Shown here: piece by piece, positions 28,892-37,999 of the stretch
Layout: every line of letters starts with the position of its first letter
Position numbering within the stretch: position 1 is the first letter of the stretch
Source: an uncultured Gammaproteobacteria bacterium
GTDB lineage: Bacteria; Patescibacteriota; Patescibacteriia; Magasanikbacterales; UBA922
Direction of reading: 5' to 3'
Assembly (NCBI GenBank): GCA_964447765.1
Contig: CAYUTO010000002.1
Span: 38,955-102,954, forward strand
Length of the DNA: 64,000 nt
Program-made: the position numbers and the translations under genes
Notes under the pieces: generated by a model
Told to the model about the DNA's origin: nothing
Seen by the model: only the letters and a program-made list of their open reading frames with translations
Database searches by the model: none

Positions 28892-29755
28892 ATGGCACTT
28901 GGCAAGGGCTTAAGCTCTCTCATTCCTCAACAAACAAAAGTACGTGATATTATCCGCAAAGAAACTGGATTAGTCCCACAAAAAAGAGACGCTATACTTC
29001 AGATTTCACAATCTGAAATTACTCCGAATTCAGAGCAACCTCGTAAAGAATTCAATCATCAGGATCTAGAAGATTTGGTTGCGTCAATAAAAAAACATGG
29101 CATTCTGCAACCACTTGTGGTAACCGAAAAATCAGAAGGTGGATATGAATTAATTGCAGGAGAACGACGTCTTAGAGCTTCTCAAATTGCAGGGCTTGCA
29201 ACCGTTCCAGTCATTGTGCGCACGGCTACACAGCAAGAAAAACTTGAGTTAGCACTTATTGAAAATATTCAGCGCCAGGCATTGAATGCGATTGAAGAAG
29301 CGTATGCATATTCACGGCTCATGGAAGAATTCAATTTGACTCAGGTGCAAGTGGCAGAGCAGGTGGGAAAAAGTCGTCCTGCAGTCGCAAACACGATTCG
29401 ATTACTTGATCTTCCTTCAGTCATTCAAAAAGCATTAATTAGTGGAGAGATTAATGCAGGAAAAGCTCGTGCACTACTTAGTCTGAAAGATGAAGCGGAA
29501 CAGCTCGAAGTATTTCACAGTATGGCAGGTCGAGAGATGAGTGTCCGTTCGCTCGAAGCAGAAGTATTTGGCAAAGGTGCTGCATCTCGCAAAGGATCAG
29601 TAAGACGCGACCCAAATCTGTCCGCACAAGAGCGTATGCTCGAAGATCGTCTTCATGCAAAAGTGCGAATTACGAGAAAAGGGGATCGAGGTACCATTGT
29701 GATTGAATATCATACAAGAGAAGAATTGAAACGAATTTTAGAAGAAATTCTCTAA
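28892..29755 (+). CDS. parB: Chromosome partitioning protein ParB/Spo0J
   Basis: MALGKGLSSLIP... GERRLRAS ParB box. HTH (LTQVQVAEQVGKSRPAVANTIRLLDL). Confidence 0.9.
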   Translation: MALGKGLSSLIPQQTKVRDIIRKETGLVPQKRDAILQISQSEITPNSEQPRKEFNHQDLEDLVASIKKHGILQPLVVTEKSEGGYELIAGERRLRASQIAGLATVPVIVRTATQQEKLELALIENIQRQALNAIEEAYAYSRLMEEFNLTQVQVAEQVGKSRPAVANTIRLLDLPSVIQKALISGEINAGKARALLSLKDEAEQLEVFHSMAGREMSVRSLEAEVFGKGAASRKGSVRRDPNLSAQERMLEDRLHAKVRITRKGDRGTIVIEYHTREELKRILEEIL

Positions 29756-29767
29756 ATAAAACAAAAA

Positions 29768-29800
29768 ACCAGACACAATATGCGTCTGGTTTTTAGTGTA
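29768..29800 (+). terminator. Rho-independent terminator after parB
   Basis: ccagac-acaatatgc-gtctgg followed by ttttt. Confidence 0.65.
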
Positions 29801-30094
29801 GCAAGGAAGATGACCTCAATGCCGAGGGTAATAATAAGGCTCTTCGCTTGCTACGCATGTCAGTATATCGTATACCAAATATAGTCTGCAAGTATGTAAA
29901 ATAGGGGGGTACAATCAGTATAAATAAGAAAACCCCGATCAATTAAGACTGGGGTTTCCTCTAAGCGTTGAGATCAACGCCTTATTATTACTTAGACGCA
30001 CTATGCCATATTTTAATGGTTTTGTCAAGATTAAAGGCTTATATTAAGCACTAAATTAGTGTAAATCTTGCCAAAAAAGTAAGCTGGTGATACA

Positions 30095-31603
30095 TTGAAT
30101 AATATGCCGAAAAGAAATAGAAATGAGACAATTGATGGGTTGATCGAGCTCGTCCGTGGGTATAATCCCAAGGCTGATTTTGATATGATCCGCCTGGCGT
30201 ATGATTTTGCAGAAGAAGCTCACCGCGGGCAGACCAGAAAATCAGGAGAGCCTTATATTACACATCCGCTATCAGCAGCATATATTTTGGCAGATATCCG
30301 TATTGATCCGGTTATTGTGATTGCAACCCTACTTCATGATGTGCCAGAAGATACGTCGCGCACACTTGAAGATGTTGAGAAGAATTTCGGATCAGAAGTT
30401 TCGTCAATGGTTCGAGGTATTACGAAGCTCGGAAAATTGAAATACCGTGGTGTCGAGCGTTATATTGAAAATCTTCGCAAAATGTTTGTTGCGATGGCTG
30501 AGGATATTCGAGTGATGATTATCAAATTCGCTGACCGTATTCATAATCTGGAAACACTGGATGCACTTCCTCCTCAAAAAAGATATCGAATCGCGCTTGA
30601 GAGTCTCGAGATTTATGCTCCGATTGCCAATAGACTAGGAATGGATGATATCAAGGGTCAACTGGAGGATTTATCTTTTAAACATGTCTATCCAAAAGAA
30701 TATGAGCGAGTGAAGAAGATTCGTGATGAGCGTCTTCAGGGAAAAGAAAAATATGTTGCAACTATTATCAAGAGAGCTAATGAAGAATTGATCAAAGCGG
30801 GGATTACACCTATTTCAACCGAGGGTAGAAATAAACGTCTCTATAGTTTGTATCGCAAACTTATTCGTAAAAATAACGATATCAATAAAGTGTATGATCT
30901 TGTTGCGATTAGAATTGTCGTAAAAACCGTAGGCGAATGTTATGCAACATTGGGAATTTTGCACAACGTGTGGACTCCGATGAAAGGAAGAATCAAAGAC
31001 TATATCTCTCAACCAAAACCCAATGATTATCAGTCACTCCATACAAGTGTGTTTGGGGACGAAGGAGAGGTAGTGGAATTTCAAATTCGAACCGAGGAAA
31101 TGGATGAAAATGCTGAGTTTGGTATTGCTGCACACTGGCATTATACCGAGAGTGGTAGTCGTATGCCGTCACGAGAAATAAAATGGGTAAAGGAACTGGC
31201 AGAAATTCAGAAAGATATTTTGAACAAATTATCAGACCTTGAAGAAATCAAAGTTGATTTTCTCCAAAGCCGTATCTTTGTCTTTACTCCAAAAGGAGAT
31301 GTGATTGATCTGCCCGAAGGAGCAACTTCGATTGATTTTGCGTACCATATTCACTCTGAAATTGGAAACAAATGTACTGCAGCTATTGTGAACGATAAAA
31401 TGGTTTCCCTTGATACCGAACTGAATAATGGAGATGTGGTCGAAATTGTGACTGATAAGAATCGCAAACTCCCGAGCCAAGATTGGTTGAAAATTGTAAA
31501 GACACATAGTGCGAGAGAGCATATTCGAAACGCGTTGAAGCAAGACGGAAAAATGACGATTAGAAAACTTTTGAAGTCAGTCATGCCGGGAAAAAAAGGA
31601 TAA
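30095..31603 (+). CDS. rel: Small bifunctional (p)ppGpp synthetase/hydrolase of the RelA/SpoT family (HD + synthetase + TGS; no ACT domain)
   Basis: HD motif LLHDVPEDT. Synthetase region (YISQPKPNDYQSLHTSV, RTEEMDENAEFGIAAHW). TGS (IFVFTPKGDVIDLPEGATSIDFAYHIH). 502 aa. Confidence 0.85.
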   Translation: MNNMPKRNRNETIDGLIELVRGYNPKADFDMIRLAYDFAEEAHRGQTRKSGEPYITHPLSAAYILADIRIDPVIVIATLLHDVPEDTSRTLEDVEKNFGSEVSSMVRGITKLGKLKYRGVERYIENLRKMFVAMAEDIRVMIIKFADRIHNLETLDALPPQKRYRIALESLEIYAPIANRLGMDDIKGQLEDLSFKHVYPKEYERVKKIRDERLQGKEKYVATIIKRANEELIKAGITPISTEGRNKRLYSLYRKLIRKNNDINKVYDLVAIRIVVKTVGECYATLGILHNVWTPMKGRIKDYISQPKPNDYQSLHTSVFGDEGEVVEFQIRTEEMDENAEFGIAAHWHYTESGSRMPSREIKWVKELAEIQKDILNKLSDLEEIKVDFLQSRIFVFTPKGDVIDLPEGATSIDFAYHIHSEIGNKCTAAIVNDKMVSLDTELNNGDVVEIVTDKNRKLPSQDWLKIVKTHSAREHIRNALKQDGKMTIRKLLKSVMPGKKG

Positions 31604-31646
31604 GTATATTTATATAAAATGCAGTGTGCGCTATAAAAATAGCGAA

Positions 31647-31679
31647 GCCCTGTCACGATGAATCGTGCAGGGCTTTTTA
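31647..31679 (+). terminator. Bidirectional rho-independent terminator (rel on plus; small-membrane-protein operon on minus)
   Basis: gccctgtcacga-tga-atcgtgcagggc, then ttttt. Confidence 0.7.
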
Positions 31680-31696
31680 CTTCAGCCATCTCCTCC

Positions 31697-31972
31697 TCAG
31701 TGATGGCTGGTATGTGTGTGTTTCTTTTTTTCGTCCTTCTTCTTGTCCTCCAGTTCAGAAATCTTCTCGAAGGGGTACATGATCGCTTCCCCTATACTCG
31801 GTGTGAAACCGACTGTGACTAGGAAGAACATTCCTAGAACGAAGTTTACATCAAAGAAACAATATGTGATGTACAGCGCCACGATTCCGAACCATGGGAA
31901 CTTGGCCCCTTCTTTCTTCTTCTTTTTCTTCTTCTTGGCTTTGGAGCCGTGACCGTGTGCGTCGTGAGACAA
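31697..31972 (-). CDS. Small 2-TM membrane protein with His-rich termini and a K8 tract (island C, gene 3)
   Basis: MSHDAHGHGSKAKKKKKKKKEG...HTHTSHH. TTG start preceded by GGAGGtgtcta. GC is elevated relative to the flanks. Confidence 0.5.
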   Translation of the reverse strand: MSHDAHGHGSKAKKKKKKKKEGAKFPWFGIVALYITYCFFDVNFVLGMFFLVTVGFTPSIGEAIMYPFEKISELEDKKKDEKKKHTHTSHH

Positions 31973-31982
31973 TAGACACCTC

Positions 31983-32228
31983 CTATGGAGTGGGTGTGTT
32001 CCTTGATTGGTACTCTCTCCAGAGCCAGACGCAGAGCCAGCCGAGGAGAGTGAATACTAGGATACACAGATTGATGAATGCCTGGATCATCCACGCCACG
32101 ATGGCGAAGGTGATGAATACACAGAATCCGATTGGTCCAGAGTTCAACGCGAGGTTGAGCAATATGACGAACATCCCTATCTTGATCCATGGAATATCCA
32201 TCTGTATACGTTCTTTTTTACGGAACAC
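31983..32228 (-). CDS. Small 2-TM membrane protein (island C, gene 2)
   Basis: Hydrophobic helices FVILLNLALNSGPIGFCVFITFAIVAWMI and LCILVFTLLGWLCVWLW. GTG start with AAGGAG 5 nt upstream. The ORF track starts 2 codons earlier. Confidence 0.45.
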   Translation of the reverse strand: MFRKKERIQMDIPWIKIGMFVILLNLALNSGPIGFCVFITFAIVAWMIQAFINLCILVFTLLGWLCVWLWREYQSRNTPTP

Positions 32229-32239
32229 AGACACTCCTT

Positions 32240-32464
32240 CTATTTTGATTTGAGAGTCTTCTCACGTTTGGATATTACTGCACCTAAGAGGACTATGAGC
32301 GGGGAGATGAGGAACTTGGCGATGCCTCGTAGTGTCGGCGGATGATTGTGAAACATTCCGGCGGACAGAGAGTTGGCGAAGTCCATCATGCCTAGCATCA
32401 CAGAACAGATGATGCATGTAATCAGGTAACCTATGATCAAAAGGACAATGACACCCGTCATCAT
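32240..32464 (-). CDS. Small 2-TM membrane protein (island C, gene 1)
   Basis: MMTGVIVLLIIGYLITCIICSVMLGMM...LISPLIVLLGAVIS. AAGGAGAcggat-ATG SD. Confidence 0.5.
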   Translation of the reverse strand: MMTGVIVLLIIGYLITCIICSVMLGMMDFANSLSAGMFHNHPPTLRGIAKFLISPLIVLLGAVISKREKTLKSK

Positions 32465-32530
32465 ATCCGTCTCCTTGGTTGTTTGGGTGACCCCACAGTA
32501 TAGCATATTTGAGTGATTTTGTCAATACAA

Positions 32531-32551
32531 AAGAGCCATATTTTGGCTCTG
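32531..32551 (-). terminator. Rho-independent terminator downstream of topA
   Basis: On the minus strand: agagcc-aaaatat-ggctct then ttttgtatt. Confidence 0.6.
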
Positions 32552-32608
32552 TTGAGATAAAAAATAAATCCCTGAACGGATCAGAGATTTATGATATGAA
32601 GTATATAT

Positions 32609-34900
32609 TTAGGTAACGGCTTTCTTGACTCTTTTTTTGAACCCTCCACGTCTCGGTCTACTTGGCGCTTCAGTTAATAGTTTCTGGCAATCTTCGAGTG
32701 TAAGATTCTGAGGCTCGGTATCTTTGGGAATTTTGGCATTTGTTTTTGTTGCAGTATCGGTGATGTATGGCCCATAGCGTCCATTCAATACTTGCACCGT
32801 TGATCCTTCAAATAGTTTAATGGTCTTTTCATCATCTGCTTTTTTCTTTGCTGCGATCACTTCATTCGCTTCTTCGAGCGTGATCGTATACGGGTCTTTA
32901 TCTTTGATTGAAATAAATTTTGAACCATGTTTTACATACGGACCAAAACGTCCAACATTTGCAATAATATCATTTCCTTCGGCATCCACGCCGAGTGTGC
33001 GGGGGAGATCAAACAGTTTTACCGCGTCTTCAATCGTAATTTCCTGAAGAGTTTGTCCTGGCCTTAGAGATGCAAACGCTGGTTTTTCTTCACTTTCGGC
33101 TTCACCTTTTTGTACAAAGGCTCCAAATCTTCCAATGCGACCATAAATTGGTTTACCACTTTTGGGGTCTGTACCAATGAGATGCAATTTCACGGTATCT
33201 TCTTTTGAAAGGTCTTCAGTTTTTTTGGTAATCAAATCATGAAATGGGTGATAGAAGGTCGCGATAATTGGTTGCCAATCTTTGGTACCTTCTGCGATTT
33301 CATCTAGATTTTCTTCCATCTGTGCCGTAAATTTGTAATCAACAATGTCTGGAAAATGTTCTACCAATAGATCACTTACCAAAAATGCAATATCATTTGG
33401 TTTCAATCGTTTACTGTCGTCTCGCTCTACGTACCCACGAGCTTCAATTGTTCCAATGGTTGGGGCATACGTTGAAGGTCGACCAATACCGTATTCTTCG
33501 AGTGCTTTGACGAGTGTCGCGTCAGAATACCTCGCTGGTGGCTCGGTAAAATGTTGTTCAGGGAGAACACTTTCGAGTTTCAGCGGATCATTTTCTTTGA
33601 GTTCAGGTAAAATCTCTTCTTTGATTTCCTGAGGATAGAGAGCCAGCCAGCCTGGGAAAATCATGGTTTGTCCGCTTGCTCTGAACGTATGATGGGTGCC
33701 TGAAATATCAATCGTCGTTTTATTAAGACGCGCTTCTGCCATCTGTGTCGCGACTGCGCGATTGTATATTAGCTGATAGAGCTTGTGTTGTTGTGGGCTC
33801 AAATAAGCTCTGATGCTATCAGGAGTGCGATTAGGGTCAGTAGGGCGGATTGCTTCGTGTGCTTCCTGGGCTCCTTTTGAAGTATTTTTAAATTTGCGTG
33901 GAGCATCGAGCGTATATTCTGTACCAAAATTTTTAGCTACCATTTCTTTGGTTTCAGCCAAAAATTTATCAGAAAGATTGAGAGAATCAGTACGCATATA
34001 GGTAATAAGACCTACTTCACCCTCATCTCCAACTTTCATACCTTCGTACAATTGTTGTGCCAATCGCATGGTTTGTTTTGCAGAATACCCGAGTTTATGA
34101 CTCGCTTGCTGCTGCATTGTTGAGGTAGTAAATGGAGCTGGGGGAGTACGCTTGGTTTCTTTTTTGGTAATTGATGAAATGGTGTATGATTCTTTTTGTA
34201 TTGCCTCAACAATTCCCTCAGCTTGTGCCTGATTTGCAATATCAAATTTGTCTAATTTTTTATCATCAATTGCACAGAGTTCAGAAGTGATGGCGACTCC
34301 TTTGTCTGCAAACATTCCTTTGATACTCCAATACTCCTGCGTTTTGAACGCCGTTCGTTCACGTTCACGTTCTACGACGAGTCGTACGGCGACAGATTGT
34401 ACACGCCCTGCAGACAATCCTCGAGCTACTTTTTTCCACAAAAAAGGAGAAAGCTCATACCCAACTAGTCGATCGAGAATACGTCGTGCTTGCTGCGCAT
34501 CGACGAGTTTCAAGTCAATCGTACGAGGATTTTTGATGGCCTCTTCAATCGCGTGTTTGGTAATTTCATGAAACACGATACGTTCTGCTTTTGCAGGGTC
34601 GATATCGAATAGTTCTGCCAAATGCCAGGAGATGGCTTCTCCTTCCCGGTCTTCGTCAGTTGCAAATATGATTCGCTTGTTTGCTTTTGCAAGTTTTTTG
34701 AGCTTATCTGCCTGGGGTTTGCGATCCTTGGAGACCGTATAGGTAGGTAGAAAAGTGCCCCCATCAATATCAATCCCCATTTTACTTTTTGGAAGATCAC
34801 GAACATGGCCGAATGATGATTCGACAATATATCCTTTTCCCAAAAAACGAGAAATTGTTTTGGCTTTGGTAGGTGACTCGACGATTACTAATATTCCCAT
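32609..34900 (-). CDS. topA: DNA topoisomerase I
   Basis: MGILVIVESPTKAKTISRFLGKGY is a TOPRIM domain. Active-site Tyr region present. C-terminal repeats without Zn ribbons. 763 aa. Confidence 0.9.
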   Translation of the reverse strand: MGILVIVESPTKAKTISRFLGKGYIVESSFGHVRDLPKSKMGIDIDGGTFLPTYTVSKDRKPQADKLKKLAKANKRIIFATDEDREGEAISWHLAELFDIDPAKAERIVFHEITKHAIEEAIKNPRTIDLKLVDAQQARRILDRLVGYELSPFLWKKVARGLSAGRVQSVAVRLVVERERERTAFKTQEYWSIKGMFADKGVAITSELCAIDDKKLDKFDIANQAQAEGIVEAIQKESYTISSITKKETKRTPPAPFTTSTMQQQASHKLGYSAKQTMRLAQQLYEGMKVGDEGEVGLITYMRTDSLNLSDKFLAETKEMVAKNFGTEYTLDAPRKFKNTSKGAQEAHEAIRPTDPNRTPDSIRAYLSPQQHKLYQLIYNRAVATQMAEARLNKTTIDISGTHHTFRASGQTMIFPGWLALYPQEIKEEILPELKENDPLKLESVLPEQHFTEPPARYSDATLVKALEEYGIGRPSTYAPTIGTIEARGYVERDDSKRLKPNDIAFLVSDLLVEHFPDIVDYKFTAQMEENLDEIAEGTKDWQPIIATFYHPFHDLITKKTEDLSKEDTVKLHLIGTDPKSGKPIYGRIGRFGAFVQKGEAESEEKPAFASLRPGQTLQEITIEDAVKLFDLPRTLGVDAEGNDIIANVGRFGPYVKHGSKFISIKDKDPYTITLEEANEVIAAKKKADDEKTIKLFEGSTVQVLNGRYGPYITDTATKTNAKIPKDTEPQNLTLEDCQKLLTEAPSRPRRGGFKKRVKKAVT

Positions 34901-34958
34901 AGGATGTGTGATTGGAATTGATTTTGAGCCGTGAGCATACGTGAACGGACTCTAATTG

Positions 34959-36284
34959 TCAACCAAGGAGACGTCCTCGTAATTCTCCTGACATAAAAAT
35001 AGAACCCGTCGCAAGAATACAATCATGTGGTTTCGCGATCCTCTTAGTATACTCGTATGCGTCTTTTGGATCAAGAAAAATTTCTACTTTGCATTTCGGT
35101 AATGTGCGTCGTATATGCGTTCGGATCAAATCCATCGCGGCAACTTTGCGAAACGGGTTAACACTGTTTCGTGTAATCGAAATGCTCGTGGGTTTTAAAC
35201 TAAGTAATTGTTTGAGCATTCCCAAAACATCTTTATCACCTGAAAAGCTAATAATAAGATGGAGATTTTTGATTCCAAAAAGTGGAAGTAATGTCGCTGT
35301 AGTTTCGGTAGTAGAGCGTATCTTGTCTCTATTGTGCGCGCCATCAAGTATCGTGAGAGGTTTTGGCAAAACTACCTCCATTCGAAGTGGTTGTGTAGTG
35401 TCTCGAAGACCTTGTGCAATATGCTTACTATTGATGTGTAATTTTTTTGCAGATTCAATACAGAGAACTGCGTTGTGAATTTGGTGAGTACCGTATGCTC
35501 TAAGTTTGAAAGTGGTATTATCGTACACAAATGAGGTGCCCATTTTTGAAATCGACACATCGGTAACTTGGGGTTTGTTGATGCGAGTATAAGGAACTCG
35601 ATGTTTATACGCTTCTGCCTCAATAATATGTGCAAAACGAGTATTTTTTTCAGACGTTATCGCATGTTTGGTTTTCTTGGTAATAATTCCTGCTTTTTCA
35701 TAGGCAATCTCTGATTTATTATTTCCAATAATTCCCACATGGTCGAGTCCAATATTGGTAATAATGGCAATATCTTTGTGAGGAATAATATTGCTTGAAT
35801 CATATCTTCCGCCACATGCAACTTCCATTACCACATGTGTCACACGGTGACGTGCAAAAAATATGAAGCCGATTGCTTCGGTGAGTTCAAAAAAAGAAAT
35901 CATGTCATATTTCGTAGTTCGGATATATTCATCAAGTTTTGGCTTGAGATATTCCACAATTGAGATAAATTCCTTTTCGCTCATATACGCGTCTCCGATT
36001 TTCCATCTTTCAGTAATACTGCTCGGGTGCGGAGAATAGGTGGAGCCAACTTTGTATCCCGCTGCATGGAGAATGCCATGCATAAATGCGGTAGTCGAGC
36101 CTTTACCACTCGTACCAGTTACGTGTATGTAGTGTTTTATTTTTTTTTCTGGGTTTCCGAGGACATCAAGAAATGCTTGGAGCCGATCTAGATACCATCC
36201 GCATGCTCGTGGATCAGTCATGTATTCTTTTCGTGGAATATTTGATAACGATAGAATCCAACTGTAAGCTTCATTGAATGTCAT
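34959..36284 (-). CDS. Mur-ligase-family enzyme, folylpolyglutamate synthase/dihydrofolate synthase-like
   Basis: HVTGTSGKGSTTAFMHGIL is a P-loop of Mur ligase/FolC type. 441 aa. Confidence 0.6.
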   Translation of the reverse strand: MTFNEAYSWILSLSNIPRKEYMTDPRACGWYLDRLQAFLDVLGNPEKKIKHYIHVTGTSGKGSTTAFMHGILHAAGYKVGSTYSPHPSSITERWKIGDAYMSEKEFISIVEYLKPKLDEYIRTTKYDMISFFELTEAIGFIFFARHRVTHVVMEVACGGRYDSSNIIPHKDIAIITNIGLDHVGIIGNNKSEIAYEKAGIITKKTKHAITSEKNTRFAHIIEAEAYKHRVPYTRINKPQVTDVSISKMGTSFVYDNTTFKLRAYGTHQIHNAVLCIESAKKLHINSKHIAQGLRDTTQPLRMEVVLPKPLTILDGAHNRDKIRSTTETTATLLPLFGIKNLHLIISFSGDKDVLGMLKQLLSLKPTSISITRNSVNPFRKVAAMDLIRTHIRRTLPKCKVEIFLDPKDAYEYTKRIAKPHDCILATGSIFMSGELRGRLLG

Positions 36285-36295
36285 ATTTTTTCTTT

Positions 36296-37390
36296 TTACT
36301 TTTTAATTACGTACATCATATTCCCGATATTTTGCACCCTACCTTTCATTTCAAGTACGGTGAGCATTGCAATTACTGTAGGTGGGGTAAAGGTTGATTT
36401 TCGTGTAATTTCATCAATGTGTAGTGGTTCGAGACTGAGAAGTGCTATGAGTTGCGCTTCATCACTGGTATCGGGGATAGTTTCTTGTACTTTGATGTGT
36501 CCTTCAAATGCGATGAGGTTTAGATTTTCAAGTATGTCCTCGGCATTTCGCACGAGATACGCTCCGTCACGGATTAGTTTGTGAGGGCCAGCTCCGGTAG
36601 GCGAGGTGAGTGCATGAGGTACAGCGTATACATCACGCCCATATTCGAGAGAGCATGTTGCGGTAATGAGGGCGCCTGATTTTTCAGGAGCTTCAATAAC
36701 CAATGTTGCAAGAGAGATCCCAGCTACAATTCGGTTTCGTTTGGGGAAACTATAGGTGGTTGGGAGTGCTCCTGGTGGGTATTCTCCAATAAGAGCACCA
36801 TTTTTGTCAATGATAGCTTCTGCAAGCTGATAATGCGCCCGAGGGTACACTGATTTTCGATCTATGCCCGAGCCAAGTACTCCGATCGTGGTACCTCCTC
36901 CACTAATAGAAGCTTTGTGGGCTACGCCATCAATGCCTAGTGCCAACCCACTGACCACTTCAACTCCATGCTTTACAAGCTCGCCTGCGATTTCTTCAGT
37001 CATTTGTTTTCCATATACAGTCATTTTCCGAGTGCCCACAATTGCCACTCGAGGACGAGAATTATCGAGAATTCCTCGAACAAAGAGTGCGACCGGTGGA
37101 TCAAAGATTTCTTTCAATAGTGGAGGATAAGCAGCGTCTTCGATTGAAATAACCCTCATTGCATCATCCGCAAGAATGCGTTCGTATTCTTCTTTCCTAA
37201 ACGCATCTCTCCACTCAAGAAATTCATGTGCGTCGACACTATCAAATCCTGCTTTGGTGAGTTCTCCGAATTCCGCAGACCAAGCATATTCAAAATCACC
37301 AAACACACGTTTCAATATGCGGTATTTTGAGAGAGTAAATTTTGGATAAAAAACAAACTTCTGTAACCCCTCCATAGGTTGATAGAACAC
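36296..37390 (-). CDS. dprA: DNA processing protein DprA (Smf)
   Basis: RVAIVGTRKMTVYGKQMTEEIAGELVKHGVEVVSGLALGIDGVAHK is a DprA Rossmann signature. Confidence 0.85.
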   Translation of the reverse strand: MFYQPMEGLQKFVFYPKFTLSKYRILKRVFGDFEYAWSAEFGELTKAGFDSVDAHEFLEWRDAFRKEEYERILADDAMRVISIEDAAYPPLLKEIFDPPVALFVRGILDNSRPRVAIVGTRKMTVYGKQMTEEIAGELVKHGVEVVSGLALGIDGVAHKASISGGGTTIGVLGSGIDRKSVYPRAHYQLAEAIIDKNGALIGEYPPGALPTTYSFPKRNRIVAGISLATLVIEAPEKSGALITATCSLEYGRDVYAVPHALTSPTGAGPHKLIRDGAYLVRNAEDILENLNLIAFEGHIKVQETIPDTSDEAQLIALLSLEPLHIDEITRKSTFTPPTVIAMLTVLEMKGRVQNIGNMMYVIKK

Positions 37391-37452
37391 AGATTTCCAT
37401 GATTCCCAAGATAAACCCAGATGTTATTTTGGGTAAATCCAGGTGATCCTGG

Positions 37453-37998
37453 TTATCTGCGTTCTATGAACGAGAGTAATTTCTGCGTGCTCTCATTAAG
37501 CATCACGTCTAATTTTTTCTTTTCAAACAATCCAAACTTTTTTAACACAAATTCTCCCGTGTCTTTCATTTTTTTTGGATCTGCGATTCCTAATCGTACG
37601 CGAGTAAATTCTTTGGTGGTAGTATGTTCAATAATTGATTTCACTCCATTGTGACCTGCATGTCCACGATCTTCTTGCACTTTAATTTCCCCAAGTAGAA
37701 TATCTTTCTCATCATGTACGACAATCAAATCCCTGGCTGGTATTTTATAAAAATGCATAATCATGGCGACTGATTCGCCAGACTGATTCATGTAGGTAGT
37801 CGGTTTTGCAAGAATGATTTTGTTTCCATTAATCGTCGTGCCTGAGATGTGCGCATTGAATTTGGTGCTCAATTCCCAATCATTAATTCCGCTGCTTTTT
37901 AGTGTGCGATGGAGTCGGTCGAGCGCCATAAATCCTGCATTATGGCGAGTACGTTCATATTTTTTCCCGGGGTTACCAAGGCCGACAATGAGTTTCAT
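37453..37998 (-). CDS. pth: Peptidyl-tRNA hydrolase
   Basis: MKLIVGLGNPGKKYERTRHNAGFMALDRL. Confidence 0.9.
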   Translation of the reverse strand: MKLIVGLGNPGKKYERTRHNAGFMALDRLHRTLKSSGINDWELSTKFNAHISGTTINGNKIILAKPTTYMNQSGESVAMIMHFYKIPARDLIVVHDEKDILLGEIKVQEDRGHAGHNGVKSIIEHTTTKEFTRVRLGIADPKKMKDTGEFVLKKFGLFEKKKLDVMLNESTQKLLSFIERR

Positions 37999-37999
37999 A

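Noticed and set aside
31716-31952. Plus-strand 78-aa ORF antisense to the K8 membrane-protein gene
   Set aside because: It is the mirror of the poly-Lys tract (poly-Phe) and has no start signals. The minus-strand gene has a strong SD.
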